Assembly (NCBI GenBank): GCA_039028615.1 | Contig: JBCCHT010000002.1 | Coordinates: 288,001 to 352,000, forward strand | Direction: 5' to 3' | Source: Myxococcota bacterium | Lineage (GTDB): Bacteria > Myxococcota_A > Polyangia > Nannocystales > Nannocystaceae | Length of the DNA stretch: 64,000 nucleotides | In this document: positions 28,098-38,496 of the stretch, piece by piece | Position numbering within the stretch: the first letter of the stretch is position 1 | How the letters are laid out: every line of letters begins with the position of its first letter | Position numbers and translations under genes: made by a program | The notes under the pieces: model-generated | The model's database searches: none | Told to the model about the DNA's origin: nothing | What the model saw: only the letters and a program-made list of their open reading frames with translations

Positions 28098-28876
28098 CGA
28101 TCGGAGCCTTTCGCGGCCGAGTCGTCGGCCTCGTCGGGAGTGAGGGTCGCGTCTTGCAGGGCACCGACCAGCCCCAGCACCGCCCGCGTGCCCTTCTCCA
28201 TGAGCGCGTCGGCCATGTGCTTGGCCGCCCCGCCGTCGCCACGCTCGACCGCCTCGGCGATGGCCCGATGACCCGCGACGTCGCGCGTTTCCTCGGCCAT
28301 GACCTGCACCAAGACCTCGCGCAGTCGGTCGTAGGTCTCGCGCAGCGTGTTGAAGGAAAGCTCGTAGGCGATGTTGCCCGAGCCCCGCACCATCACGTCC
28401 CAGAAGCGAAGCGACAGGTCCTGCAGCTCGGCCAGATCGTCGACCTCGGCGGCGGCGTGCATGCTCTCGATGAGCTCGCGCAGCGCCGTGATGTCGGCTT
28501 CGGTGGCCCGCTCGGCACACAGCCGCGCGATGTCCGGGGCGAGCACGGCTCGCATCTCCATGACGCTGCGCGCGACCCCGAGATTGATGGTGTTGTCGCG
28601 GCGGAAGAGCATCCGACCGAGCAGGTCGAGCCCGGCGTTGCGGCGAAAATCGAGGACCTTGGTGCCGCCGCCCTGCGAGATACTGACCAGCCCGGCCTGC
28701 GCCAATCGCTTGAGGGCCTCGCGAATCGCGCCGCGATTGACGCCGAGGGTCTCACACAGCTGTCGCTCGGCCGGGAGATTGACCCCGGCCCCGAAGTGTC
28801 CTTCGACGATTTCGCCCGACAGCTGGTCGTAGACCTCATCGGACAGCGTTTTCTTGGCGATTTTACGAAGACCCAT
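28094..28876 (-). CDS. GntR/FadR-family transcriptional regulator
   Basis: LPAERQLCETLGVNRGAIREALKRL wHTH followed by an FCD-like domain. Confidence 0.92.
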   Translation of the reverse strand: MGLRKIAKKTLSDEVYDQLSGEIVEGHFGAGVNLPAERQLCETLGVNRGAIREALKRLAQAGLVSISQGGGTKVLDFRRNAGLDLLGRMLFRRDNTINLGVARSVMEMRAVLAPDIARLCAERATEADITALRELIESMHAAAEVDDLAELQDLSLRFWDVMVRGSGNIAYELSFNTLRETYDRLREVLVQVMAEETRDVAGHRAIAEAVERGDGGAAKHMADALMEKGTRAVLGLVGALQDATLTPDEADDSAAKGSDR

Positions 28877-28925
28877 GGCAACGCCCGCGTGCCCACTCAA
28901 CATGGATCATGATCATCGGATGGTC

Positions 28926-28942
28926 AACTGGTCATACCAATT
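28926..28942. promoter_or_regulatory. FadR-type operator
   Basis: AACTGGTCATACCAATT matches the TGGT-N3-ACCA FadR box, 50 bp upstream of the regulator. Confidence 0.75.
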
Positions 28943-29038
28943 TACGAACGTGAGATCGGCAGTGCGCGGAGTGCGAAAAAGGCACCCTCTGGAGTCTGCT
29001 TTCGGCCGCAGCGGGCCGGTATCGTGGCCCCTGCCCCC

Positions 29039-31693
29039 ATGAAGGACCCCCGCCCCTCGCCGATCTACCGCAAAGACTATCGCCCGCCTCACTATTGGAT
29101 CGACGAGGTCGTCCTCGAGGTGCGGCTTTACGAGGACCGAGCCGAGGTCGAGGCCACGATGAGCGTGCGGCGGAACCCGGACGCGGGTGACGAGCCGCAG
29201 GCGTTGGTGCTGCACGGCGAGCAGCTGCAGCTCGAGTCGGTCGCGATCGACGGACAGATGCTGCCCGCCGAGGCGTACGAGACCGACGAGCGCACCCTGA
29301 CGATCCACGAGGTGCCGGAGCGCTTCGAGCTGCACACGGTCGTGCGCAACGAGCCGCAGAACAACACCGAGCTGACGGGGCTGTACCGATCGGGGCAGAC
29401 CTTCTGCACCCAGTGCGAGGCCGAGGGCTTCCGCCGGATCACCTACTTCCTCGATCGCCCCGACGTGATGGCCCGCTACACCACCACGATCGAGGCGGAC
29501 CGCGAGCGCTACCCGGTGCTGCTGTCCAACGGCAACCGCGAGGCCGAAGGCGAGCGCCCGGGGGGCCGTCACTTCGTACGCTGGCGCGACCCCTTCCCCA
29601 AGCCGAGCTACCTGTTCGCCCTCGTCGCGGCCGAGCTGAAGAGCCACACGGGCACCTTCACCACCCGCTCCGGTCGCGAAGTGAAACTGGAGATCTGGGT
29701 CGAGCCGCACAACGTCGACGCCTGCGAGCACGCCCTGCGCTCGCTTCGGAAGTCGATGGAGTGGGACGAGAAGGTCTTCGGCCTCGAGTACGACCTCGAC
29801 ATCTACATGATCGTCGCCGTCAGCGACTTCAACATGGCGGCGATGGAGAACAAGGGCCTCAACATCTTCAACGACAAGTACGTCCTGGCCCGCCCCCAGA
29901 CCGCGACCGACGACGACTACGAGAACATCGAAGGCGTCATCGCCCACGAGTACTTCCACAACTGGACCGGCAACCGCGTCACCTGCCGGGACTGGTTCCA
30001 GCTGACGCTCAAGGAGGGCCTCACCGTCTTCCGCGACGAAGAGTTCAGCTCCGACATGGGCTCGCGACCGGTCAAGCGGATCATGGACGTCCGCACCCTC
30101 CGCACCGCTCAGTTCGCCGAGGATGCCTCCCCCACCGCTCATCCGATCCGGCCCGAGGCCTATATCGAGATGAACAACTTCTACACCGTCACGGTGTACA
30201 ACAAGGGCTCGGAGGTCATCCGCATGATCCACACCCTCTTGGGAGCCGAGGGCTTCCGCAAGGGCATGGACCTGTACTTCGAGCGCCACGATGGCCAGGC
30301 GGTGACCTGCGACGACTTCGTGACCGCCATGGCCGACGGCAGCGGGGTCGACCTCGCTCAGTTCTCGCGCTGGTACGAGCAAGTGGGCACGCCGGTCGTG
30401 CACGCCGAGGGGAGCTGGGACGAGGCCGCGGGACGCTACGCGCTGACCCTGCGGCAGGAGCCCTCCACGATCGCCAAGGGAGACACCTCGCCGCTGCACA
30501 TCCCGGTGATGGTGGGCATGGTCGGCGCCGATGGACGCGACCTGCCCCTCACGGTCGAGCCCGCGGTGGCCATGAAGGACCACGGCGCCCTGCTCGAGCT
30601 GCGAGAGCAGGAGCAGACCTTTACCTTCGAAGGCCTGACCGAGCGCCCCGTGCCCTCGGTGCTCCGTGGTTTCTCGGCCCCGGTGCGGCTGGAGCTGTCG
30701 CGAAGCGAAGACGAGCTCGCGTTCCTCATGGGACACGATGCCGACCCCTTCAACCGCTGGGACGCGGCGCAGACCTTCGCCCAGCAGATGATCCTGAGCA
30801 TGGCCGCGCAGCGACGAGCGGACGCGGCCATGACCATCGACGCGCGCTTCGTGGAGGCGTGGGGGCAGATCTTGGCCGACGAGAAGCTCGACGGCTCGCT
30901 CAAGTCGCTGACCTTGCAGCTGCCCAACGAGCGCGTGCTCGGCCAGGCGATGGAGGCAGTCGACGTCGACGGGCTACATGCGGCGCGCGAGCAGGTGCTC
31001 GGAGCCCTGGCCGATGCCCACTTCGCCGCGCTGCAATCGACCTACGCGTCGCTGGATCTCGGGCCCTATCGGCTCGACCGAGAAGCGGTGGCGGGCCGAC
31101 GACTTCGCAACACGGTACTGGGCATGCTCGGCCATCGCAGCGACGAGACCGCCCGCGAGCAGGCGGCGACCATGGCCCGGGCTCAGCTCGACGACGCCGA
31201 CAACATGACCGATGCCGAGGCCGCGCTGCACTGCCTGGTCGGAGCCGGGGGTGACGCCCGCGAGACGGCGCTCGCCGACTTCTACGCCAAGTGGCAGCAA
31301 GCACCGCTGGTCATCGACAAGTGGTTCACCGCCCAGGCGTTGTCCACCCGCCCCGACACGCTCGACCGGGTGATCGCTCTGGCCCGACACACCGACTTCA
31401 ACATCCGCAATCCCAACCGGGTCCGCTCGCTGCTCGGCAGCTTCTCGGTGCGCAACCAGGTGTGCTTCCACGCCCTCGACGGCCGGGGCTACGCCCTGCT
31501 GGCCGACCACGTGCTCGAGCTCGACCGACTCAACCCGCAGGGCGCTGCGCGCCTGGTCGGACCCCTGGGGCACTGGCAACGATTCGACGCCACGCGCCGC
31601 GAGCTCATGCGCAGCCAGCTGAGCCGAATTACCGCGCAGGAGGGCCTCTCCAAGGACGTTTTCGAGCTGGCGAGCAAGGCCCTGGGCGCCTGA
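29039..31693 (+). CDS. pepN: Aminopeptidase N
   Basis: TQCEAEGFRRIT, AMENKGLNIFN, HEYFHNWTGNRVTCRDWFQLTLKEG, NPNRVRSL. Confidence 0.97.
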   Translation: MKDPRPSPIYRKDYRPPHYWIDEVVLEVRLYEDRAEVEATMSVRRNPDAGDEPQALVLHGEQLQLESVAIDGQMLPAEAYETDERTLTIHEVPERFELHTVVRNEPQNNTELTGLYRSGQTFCTQCEAEGFRRITYFLDRPDVMARYTTTIEADRERYPVLLSNGNREAEGERPGGRHFVRWRDPFPKPSYLFALVAAELKSHTGTFTTRSGREVKLEIWVEPHNVDACEHALRSLRKSMEWDEKVFGLEYDLDIYMIVAVSDFNMAAMENKGLNIFNDKYVLARPQTATDDDYENIEGVIAHEYFHNWTGNRVTCRDWFQLTLKEGLTVFRDEEFSSDMGSRPVKRIMDVRTLRTAQFAEDASPTAHPIRPEAYIEMNNFYTVTVYNKGSEVIRMIHTLLGAEGFRKGMDLYFERHDGQAVTCDDFVTAMADGSGVDLAQFSRWYEQVGTPVVHAEGSWDEAAGRYALTLRQEPSTIAKGDTSPLHIPVMVGMVGADGRDLPLTVEPAVAMKDHGALLELREQEQTFTFEGLTERPVPSVLRGFSAPVRLELSRSEDELAFLMGHDADPFNRWDAAQTFAQQMILSMAAQRRADAAMTIDARFVEAWGQILADEKLDGSLKSLTLQLPNERVLGQAMEAVDVDGLHAAREQVLGALADAHFAALQSTYASLDLGPYRLDREAVAGRRLRNTVLGMLGHRSDETAREQAATMARAQLDDADNMTDAEAALHCLVGAGGDARETALADFYAKWQQAPLVIDKWFTAQALSTRPDTLDRVIALARHTDFNIRNPNRVRSLLGSFSVRNQVCFHALDGRGYALLADHVLELDRLNPQGAARLVGPLGHWQRFDATRRELMRSQLSRITAQEGLSKDVFELASKALGA

Positions 31694-31764
31694 GCCATGG
31701 GAGCGCTTGCACCACCCAGGTCCCTCCTCCATGCTCATTGCATTGGCTTACTCGAGGTGTGTGC

Positions 31765-32379
31765 ATGAAAATTAGGAGAATGTGGGGGTCGCGCCTTGCG
31801 CTGGTACTGACGGGAGCCGTAGCCGTGGGCTGCGGCGGCGACCCGGGAGCGGATACGGGCAGCGACTCCAGCGACGATACCGACAGCGGTGAGGTCACCC
31901 CGCCGCCCGAGACCGAATCCGAGGGCGAAGTAGTCGGCTGGCTCGAGATCGGCTGGGGTGAGGGCCAATATGTGCCGCTGTCGGACGGCGACGACTTCCC
32001 GCTCGTGCGCGGAGGCCAGGGCGCGGAGATGTTCCCCATCCCCCTGCGCGGGGCCGAGTTCTACCTGCCCGGCAACCCCACCACCTGGATGGACGCCGAC
32101 GGCCCACTCATCGATGTCGAGATGGACATCGAGGGCTTCAACGATGGCGTGGGCGGACACTTCAAGCGCATCGCCAACTACCAGCTCGACTGGGTGGTGC
32201 TCGAAGACGGCACCTACGAGTCTTCGTTCGTACCATTTCTGATGCCCGATGGGGTGGACAGCGCGGACATCAACGGCCTGCCGGCTCACCTCACGGTACG
32301 GGTGCGGCCCTTGAATCAAGCCACGCTCGAGGCCGAGCTCGACGTCGTCGTGTTCGTCGACGAAGCCATCGACAACTAG
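31765..32379 (+). CDS. Hypothetical lipoprotein
   Basis: Signal peptide with AVGC; LEIGWGE...LVRGGQGAEM motif. Confidence 0.7.
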   Translation: MKIRRMWGSRLALVLTGAVAVGCGGDPGADTGSDSSDDTDSGEVTPPPETESEGEVVGWLEIGWGEGQYVPLSDGDDFPLVRGGQGAEMFPIPLRGAEFYLPGNPTTWMDADGPLIDVEMDIEGFNDGVGGHFKRIANYQLDWVVLEDGTYESSFVPFLMPDGVDSADINGLPAHLTVRVRPLNQATLEAELDVVVFVDEAIDN

Positions 32380-32549
32380 CGCGCACCACCGATCGCAAAT
32401 GCCGTTTCCACAGCACCCAACGCTGTGCGAATCGGCATACACGTAGTCGTCCCAAAGGAGGACTACGCCTCGCGTCGAAAATCGCCGTTTGATTGCGGGG
32501 GGCGACGAACCGTGCGGACGGTTCGACATGCTCGTAGTGACGGACGCGA

Positions 32550-35500
32550 TTGGTGAGTGATCGAGACAGTCTGCCGAAGCGCCTCGCCGATCGCTTCGTG
32601 GTCGAGGACCTCATCGGCCAAGGCGCCATGGGGCAGGTGTTTCGGGTCTTCGACGAGCACGAAGGCCGTCGTGTCGCGCTGAAGCTGCTCAAGCCAGAGC
32701 TGAGCCAGGCGCACCAGCTGCATCGGTTCAAGCGCGAGTTCCGAGCCGCGGCCCGACTCGACCATCCCCACTGCGTCCGCAGCTACGAGTTCCTCGAGCG
32801 CGACGGCTTGGCCATGCTGACCATGCAGTACGTCGAGGGCGGGGCGCTGACGCTCGAGCGCATGGAGCCGCTCGCCGTGCTTCGCCTGGGGCTCCAGCTG
32901 CTGGCGGGGCTCGACCACATCCACGGCAAGCGCTTGGTCCACCGTGATCTCAAGCCGGGCAACATCCTGATCGACCGCTCGCAACCGATCCCGTGCGCGC
33001 GGCTGGCCGACTTCGGCATCGCGGGCGCGATGGACTTGGTGCACGAGGACACCACGGTCGGCTTAGTCCAGGGCTCGCTGCGCTACCTGGCTCCCGAGAC
33101 GCTCCGGGGCGGCGGGGCCGATCCGCGCGCGGACCAGTACTCGCTCGGGCTCATCCTCTATGCGCTGCTCGTGGGCCAGCATCCCTTCAGCGGGGCCGCA
33201 CGCTCGCTTCGGCAGTGGCTGGCGATCCATCGTCGCGGCCGAATCCGTCCTCTCGATCACCTGCGACCAGATCTCCCCGCGGCGTTGGTGCAGGCGATTC
33301 ACCGCATGTGCCATCGCGAAGCCAACGAGCGATTCGACGACGCCGCCTTGGCCCACGACGCGCTCGCCGAGGTGTGGCGACAGCTCCCGGACGCGGGTCC
33401 CCTGCCCGAGCATCCTCCGCTGACGCGGCGGCCCTACCTGGTGGCACCGTCCTTCGTCGGTCGGCAGCCCGAGCTCGACGCATTGATGAGCGCCCACGAG
33501 GATGGCCAGGCCGGCCGTGGTCCTCGCGTGATTCGGGTCGTCGGTGAAGCAGGCCGTGGCAAGTCGCGGCTGCTGCGAGAGCTGCTGGTCGAGGTCTTCG
33601 ACAGCGACACGATGATCTTTCCCGGCACCTGCCGCGCGGAGGGAGGCGGCCCCTACGACCCGCTCGGCGACCTGCTGGAGACGCTCGCGGATACCGAGTT
33701 CGATGGCGACGCCACGCCGCTGACGCCCGAGCCGAACTCGACCTCGCCCGCCCACCTCGCGGGGCCCGAGGACGAGACCGCCGACCTGTCGATCGCCGAG
33801 TCGGACTCTCCCCTGTCGATGGTGGCCGAGCTCCGCTCGGACCTGACGCCCCCCGAAGACCCGCTATCCGGTCGAATGCAGGCGCACGCCCGGTGGAGCG
33901 CTCGCCTGCGCCTTTTGTGCCGCATGCGCCCGGTGATGCTCATCATCGAGGACGCGCAGTGGGCCGACCCCGCCACGCTCCAGCTGCTGACCAGCATGGT
34001 GCGCACGGTGGCGATCACCCGCCAGCGCGGGGACTCGGTGCGAGCGAGCTTCGTGATCACGCACCGCCGCTCCGTCGACAACCCCGACCTCGACGCGTTC
34101 ATCGATGCCGCCCGCGAGTACGACGTGCTCACCTCGCTGGACCTGCGCCCGCTGGCGGGCATCGACTCCAAGGGCGTGCTGGCGTCGATGCTGCGCGTGC
34201 CCCCGCCGCAGCTCCCCGACGAGTTCGCCGAGCCCCTGGTCGAGCATGCCGAGGGCAACCCCCTGTTCCTGTCGCAGATGCTCCACTGCTTGCTCGGCCG
34301 CGGCCAGCTGCAGCCCGACGCCAGCGGCGGGTGGAACCTGGACTCTCAGGGCCTGTCCGCGGCCCGACTGCCCCGTAGCGTCGGGATCGCCATCGGAGAG
34401 CAGGCCGCTCGCCTCGCCACCAAGCACCAGCAGATCATGGTGGCGGCCGCCGTGCTCGGGCGTGGCTTCGAAGGCCGGCCGCTCGAGGCCATCACCGGCT
34501 TCGACGAACTGTCCATCCTCGACGGGCTCGACGAGCTGCTGCGCACGGGCTTCATCGAAGACAGCGGCAGCGGCTATCGCTTCGTGCACGATCGGATCCG
34601 CGAGTCGATCTACGCCGCGCTCCCGGCCAGCGAGCGCGTACGCCTGCATCGTCAGGCCGCCGAGCACCTGGTGGACCACGGCGGCGAGCTGCCCAGCTCC
34701 TGGCCGGCCATCGCTCACCACTTCGAACACTCGGGGCGATACGCCGAGGCCTACCGCTACTCGCTGAAGGCCGCCCGCCACGCCTCGGACGAGCATGCCC
34801 ACGGCGCCGCGCTCGGCCACTACGACGCCGCCCTGCGCATGGCCGAACGAGGCGAGCTCGACCCCGACGCGGAGATCTTCGAGTGCCAAGGCGATGCCCA
34901 CAGCGCGCTCGGCCAGTATTCGAAGGCGGTCGACGCCTATGCCCGGTGCCTCGATGGCGCGCCGGAGGGGCTCGGACGCGTGGACCTGCTGAGCAAGCTC
35001 GGCCGAGTCGAGCACAAGCGCGGTCAGTACGAACGGGCGATGAAGGTCTTCGAAGAGGTCCTGGTGGCGATGGGCACCCGGCCGTCCCCCCAAGGGCTGG
35101 TGCTTCGCGTTCAGCTCGTGCTCGCCGTGCTGGCGAGCATGCTGCCGCTGTGGCGCTGGCGAGACAGCGCCCAGCGAGCCGAAGTCATCATCCGTACCCG
35201 CACGCTGCTGTCGGAGTGCTACCTGATGATGGGCGAGATGCTGCAGACCGCCCACCACAGCATCGCGGCCGCGAACCTGGCCCGACGTGCCGGGCCGGGA
35301 CCGGCCGCGACTCGAGCCCTGGCATTCCACGGGATGGGGCTGGTGACCTTCGGCGAGCACCGCATGGGCGGCCGCTACCTGGCCCGGGCCCGGGCCTACG
35401 CCAACGAGACCGAGCTACCCGCGAGTGTGCAGTGCACCATCATGACCTCCGAGGCGCTGGCCCATCTCGCACGCGGCGACACGCACCGCGCGATCGCGAC

Positions 35501-36263
35501 GGCGGAGGCCACGTGGCGTCGCTTCGGTACGGCCGCCAGCGCCGAGGCGAGGGTCGGCTCGCTGACCACGATGAACGTCATCTTGTTGCTCTCGCAGCAC
35601 GACGACCACCGCTGCCACCACTACATTCGGCGCATGCAGGCGCTGGCGGCCGAGCTCGCGGACCCACGCCTGCAGGGCTGGGCGCACCAGCATCGGGCGT
35701 ACCTGCTGCTCCGCCGCGGAGAGCTGACATCCACCCTCGAGCAGCTGCACCAGGGGCTGCGCCTCGCTCGGGAGGCGGGCGACGGCATCATGGCGATCCG
35801 GGCCCAGGATCAGCTCGCGCTCACGCTCGCCCTGCACGGAGACTACGCCGAGGCGCTGCGACGGGGCATGACCGCCACCGCAGACACCCTGGGTCGCCCC
35901 CGCCTCCGACTCCAGCTCGCCATCGACGGAGGGTTCGTGATCGCGGCCGCGCTCGCCCGACGCAACGGACACTCCGTACCCGCGCAGGCCGAGGCGCTGG
36001 TCCGCCAGGTGCTTCGCCGCCGTCGCCGAGATGCCTGTGGGATCCCGACCTCCGCCCTTCAGTTCCGGGTCGCGGAGGCCGCGTGGCACGACGCCAGCGG
36101 CCAGCCCCACGACTTCGACGCCCCGATCGACGCCGCGGAGCGTGCCGGCCTCCACGGCGAGGTCTCGCTGGGGCGAATGATCCGCAGCCGCTTCGACGAG
36201 CGCCCGAGCGCCCCCGAACCGACGACGTCGGCGCCCATCGAGCGAGCCCCACCTCCGGCCTGA
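32550..36263 (+). CDS. Ser/Thr kinase - AAA (STAND-like) ATPase - TPR protein
   Basis: HRDLKPGN and DFG; FVGRQPEL; Walker A GEAGRGKS; Walker B IIEDAQWAD; GNPLFL; RFVHDRIRE. Confidence 0.93.
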   Translation: MVSDRDSLPKRLADRFVVEDLIGQGAMGQVFRVFDEHEGRRVALKLLKPELSQAHQLHRFKREFRAAARLDHPHCVRSYEFLERDGLAMLTMQYVEGGALTLERMEPLAVLRLGLQLLAGLDHIHGKRLVHRDLKPGNILIDRSQPIPCARLADFGIAGAMDLVHEDTTVGLVQGSLRYLAPETLRGGGADPRADQYSLGLILYALLVGQHPFSGAARSLRQWLAIHRRGRIRPLDHLRPDLPAALVQAIHRMCHREANERFDDAALAHDALAEVWRQLPDAGPLPEHPPLTRRPYLVAPSFVGRQPELDALMSAHEDGQAGRGPRVIRVVGEAGRGKSRLLRELLVEVFDSDTMIFPGTCRAEGGGPYDPLGDLLETLADTEFDGDATPLTPEPNSTSPAHLAGPEDETADLSIAESDSPLSMVAELRSDLTPPEDPLSGRMQAHARWSARLRLLCRMRPVMLIIEDAQWADPATLQLLTSMVRTVAITRQRGDSVRASFVITHRRSVDNPDLDAFIDAAREYDVLTSLDLRPLAGIDSKGVLASMLRVPPPQLPDEFAEPLVEHAEGNPLFLSQMLHCLLGRGQLQPDASGGWNLDSQGLSAARLPRSVGIAIGEQAARLATKHQQIMVAAAVLGRGFEGRPLEAITGFDELSILDGLDELLRTGFIEDSGSGYRFVHDRIRESIYAALPASERVRLHRQAAEHLVDHGGELPSSWPAIAHHFEHSGRYAEAYRYSLKAARHASDEHAHGAALGHYDAALRMAERGELDPDAEIFECQGDAHSALGQYSKAVDAYARCLDGAPEGLGRVDLLSKLGRVEHKRGQYERAMKVFEEVLVAMGTRPSPQGLVLRVQLVLAVLASMLPLWRWRDSAQRAEVIIRTRTLLSECYLMMGEMLQTAHHSIAAANLARRAGPGPAATRALAFHGMGLVTFGEHRMGGRYLARARAYANETELPASVQCTIMTSEALAHLARGDTHRAIATAEATWRRFGTAASAEARVGSLTTMNVILLLSQHDDHRCHHYIRRMQALAAELADPRLQGWAHQHRAYLLLRRGELTSTLEQLHQGLRLAREAGDGIMAIRAQDQLALTLALHGDYAEALRRGMTATADTLGRPRLRLQLAIDGGFVIAAALARRNGHSVPAQAEALVRQVLRRRRRDACGIPTSALQFRVAEAAWHDASGQPHDFDAPIDAAERAGLHGEVSLGRMIRSRFDERPSAPEPTTSAPIERAPPPA

Positions 36264-36275
36264 GTCGGTCGCACG

Positions 36276-37241
36276 CTACGGTGCCAAGCAGACGCCCACG
36301 TCTTCGAATCCCGGAGGCGCGCTGCCCTCTTCGTAGTAGGGCGAGCACGACTGGCCGGGCAGGCACGTCGCGCCCATGTCTCCGACGGCGCAGAACGAGG
36401 TGCAACAGCCCAGGTCGAAGCACTCGGGCACGAACTTGCCGGGGACGCACATGGTGCCGGGATCGCAGTCGTTGATGAACATACAGGGGTCCGCGGGCTG
36501 CCCCGCGTCGCCCGAGTCGTCGACGATGCAGGCGAAGCTGCTGGAGGTCCCGACCGGGTAGCAACCGCTCCCTTCGGGGCACGTCTGTGCGAGCGGATCA
36601 CAGGTGGAAAAACACAGCGCCAATACCCCGTCGCCCGTGATCGAGCACATCGATCCCTCGTCCTCGCACGCGGGCTTCTCCGGGGAACCGACGCACATGG
36701 CGATGCACTCGCCTTCGTTGGTCTCCTCGTCGACGTCCCAGCACATCGCCCCCAGCTCGCAGGAGTCGATGCCGCTGAAGGCATTGCCCTCGACCGTGCA
36801 CGGCTCGCCCGCGGCTCCGGGCTCGCGCGCGATGGGGCTGCAGCGCAGCGCGTTCCAGGTGCCGCCCCCATCGTTGGACCACGGCATGCACTTTTCGCCG
36901 CGCGGGCAGTCTTGCGCAAAGAGGTCGCACTCGTCCCCGCCGAAGCCGTCGTCCAAGCCGGGATCGAGGAATCCGACCCCATCATCGGTGCTGGTATCGC
37001 TGGAGCTGTCGAGGGGCGGCGGCGTGGTGGTGGAGGTGGCGGGGGGCACCGACGTGGTCGCGGGCGGAACCCCGGTCGTGGAGCTCGGTGGTGGGGTCGT
37101 GGTGGCCGCCGGAGCGTCGTCGCCGGAGCTGCTCGCGTCGGCACCTCCCGTGTCGAGCGCCACCGTGGGACCACAACCCCACGCCAACCCGCTCAGCACG
37201 CCGAGCGCCAACCACCAGTGAACTCGCGGCCTCATCCCCAC
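36276..37241 (-). CDS. Cys-rich lipoprotein, paralogue of 6054-6836
   Basis: AWGC lipobox; T/P-rich linker; ECDLFAQDCPRGEKCMPWSNDGGGTWNALRC. Confidence 0.85.
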   Translation of the reverse strand: MGMRPRVHWWLALGVLSGLAWGCGPTVALDTGGADASSSGDDAPAATTTPPPSSTTGVPPATTSVPPATSTTTPPPLDSSSDTSTDDGVGFLDPGLDDGFGGDECDLFAQDCPRGEKCMPWSNDGGGTWNALRCSPIAREPGAAGEPCTVEGNAFSGIDSCELGAMCWDVDEETNEGECIAMCVGSPEKPACEDEGSMCSITGDGVLALCFSTCDPLAQTCPEGSGCYPVGTSSSFACIVDDSGDAGQPADPCMFINDCDPGTMCVPGKFVPECFDLGCCTSFCAVGDMGATCLPGQSCSPYYEEGSAPPGFEDVGVCLAP

Positions 37242-37392
37242 ACCCTACCACCAAAGAGCAGTAAAGTTAGTTTTAGTTTCGACCCCTGGGGCTGCTGCGT
37301 TCGGCTGTGACCTGGGAGATTCAGGCCAGAATGTACTGGAAACGGCACTCATCGCCGTGTCCGGCGACCGTTGGCGCCCATTCCGTAAACTA

Positions 37393-38496
37393 CTAAAGCG
37401 AACGAAGTTCCTTCAGCAGAAGCGAGCCGTAGCGCTCCATCTCCCACTCGTCGAGAGCACCGCAGGCCTTCAGCTCGGATTCGTTCTCCGGCATGGCCGA
37501 CGCCAGCACGATCAGCGCCTCCTTGCCGATGATGATGTCGGGCGCCATGTCGAGCTTGTCGGCCATCGCCTTGCGCCACCCTCGGAGCTCGTCGAAGCGC
37601 TTGCGTTCGTCTCGCGGCATGCCCCGTTCGATCGGCGGCGGCGTCGGGGACTCGCCGTCGAGCCCCGCTTCGATGGCGGCCCTGAGCCGCGCGCGCCCCT
37701 TGCCGCGGAGCCGCGGGTGCACCCCTCGGATCTGCGCGAGCGATTGGGCGTTGGCAGGGGGCTTCTTGGCGAGCGACACGAGCAACGCATCGGCCATGAC
37801 CCGAAACACGGGACGATCGATCTCCTGCGCCACCGCTTCGCGAAGTTGATAGAGCGCCATGAAGACGCCGCGCCCCTCCGGCGGCAGATCTCGCGCGCCC
37901 TTGATCCGCCATGCCCCGAGCGTCTCGGCCTTGGTCGGACGCGGCTCGACCCGGGTCTGTCGCAAGCAGGCATGCTCGAAGATGTCCTCGCGCTCGATGG
38001 CCTTCAGATCGGCGCGCTGTTGATCGGCGAGCTCGAGCAGGAAATGCGTGTCGTAACGAGCGTAGTCGAGCGCATGCTCGGGCAGCGGGCGCTCCCCCCA
38101 GTCGAAGCGCTGCATCTTCTTGTTCGCCCGAAACCCGTGGCTCTCGGCGAGGATCGATCCCAACCCGTAGGCGGCCCATCCCAGAACGCGAGCCGCAATC
38201 ATCGTGTCGAAGAGCCCCGCAAATGCGAAGCCGTGCTGACGCTTGAAACACAGGATGTCGTAGTCGGCGCCATGCATGACCTTCGTGATCGCCGGGTCGG
38301 CGAGGACCGGGCCGAGCGGGCTCAAGTCGACGACCAGGGGATCCACCAGGGCATCGCGGCCGGGCACCGAAACCTGCACGAGGCAGATTCGCTCCCGATA
38401 GGCGTGCATGCTGTTGGACTCGGTATCCAGAGCAAAACGCGGCGCCGTCTTCAGCTCGTCGACCAACGCCTCGAACTGCGCGTCGGTCTCGATCAT
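37393..38496 (-). CDS. rnd: Ribonuclease D (3'-5' exonuclease + HRDC); start may be slightly upstream
   Basis: ALDTE, HGADYD, FDTMIAA, YARYDTHFL; C-terminal HRDC-like helices. Confidence 0.9.
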   Translation of the reverse strand: MIETDAQFEALVDELKTAPRFALDTESNSMHAYRERICLVQVSVPGRDALVDPLVVDLSPLGPVLADPAITKVMHGADYDILCFKRQHGFAFAGLFDTMIAARVLGWAAYGLGSILAESHGFRANKKMQRFDWGERPLPEHALDYARYDTHFLLELADQQRADLKAIEREDIFEHACLRQTRVEPRPTKAETLGAWRIKGARDLPPEGRGVFMALYQLREAVAQEIDRPVFRVMADALLVSLAKKPPANAQSLAQIRGVHPRLRGKGRARLRAAIEAGLDGESPTPPPIERGMPRDERKRFDELRGWRKAMADKLDMAPDIIIGKEALIVLASAMPENESELKACGALDEWEMERYGSLLLKELRSL

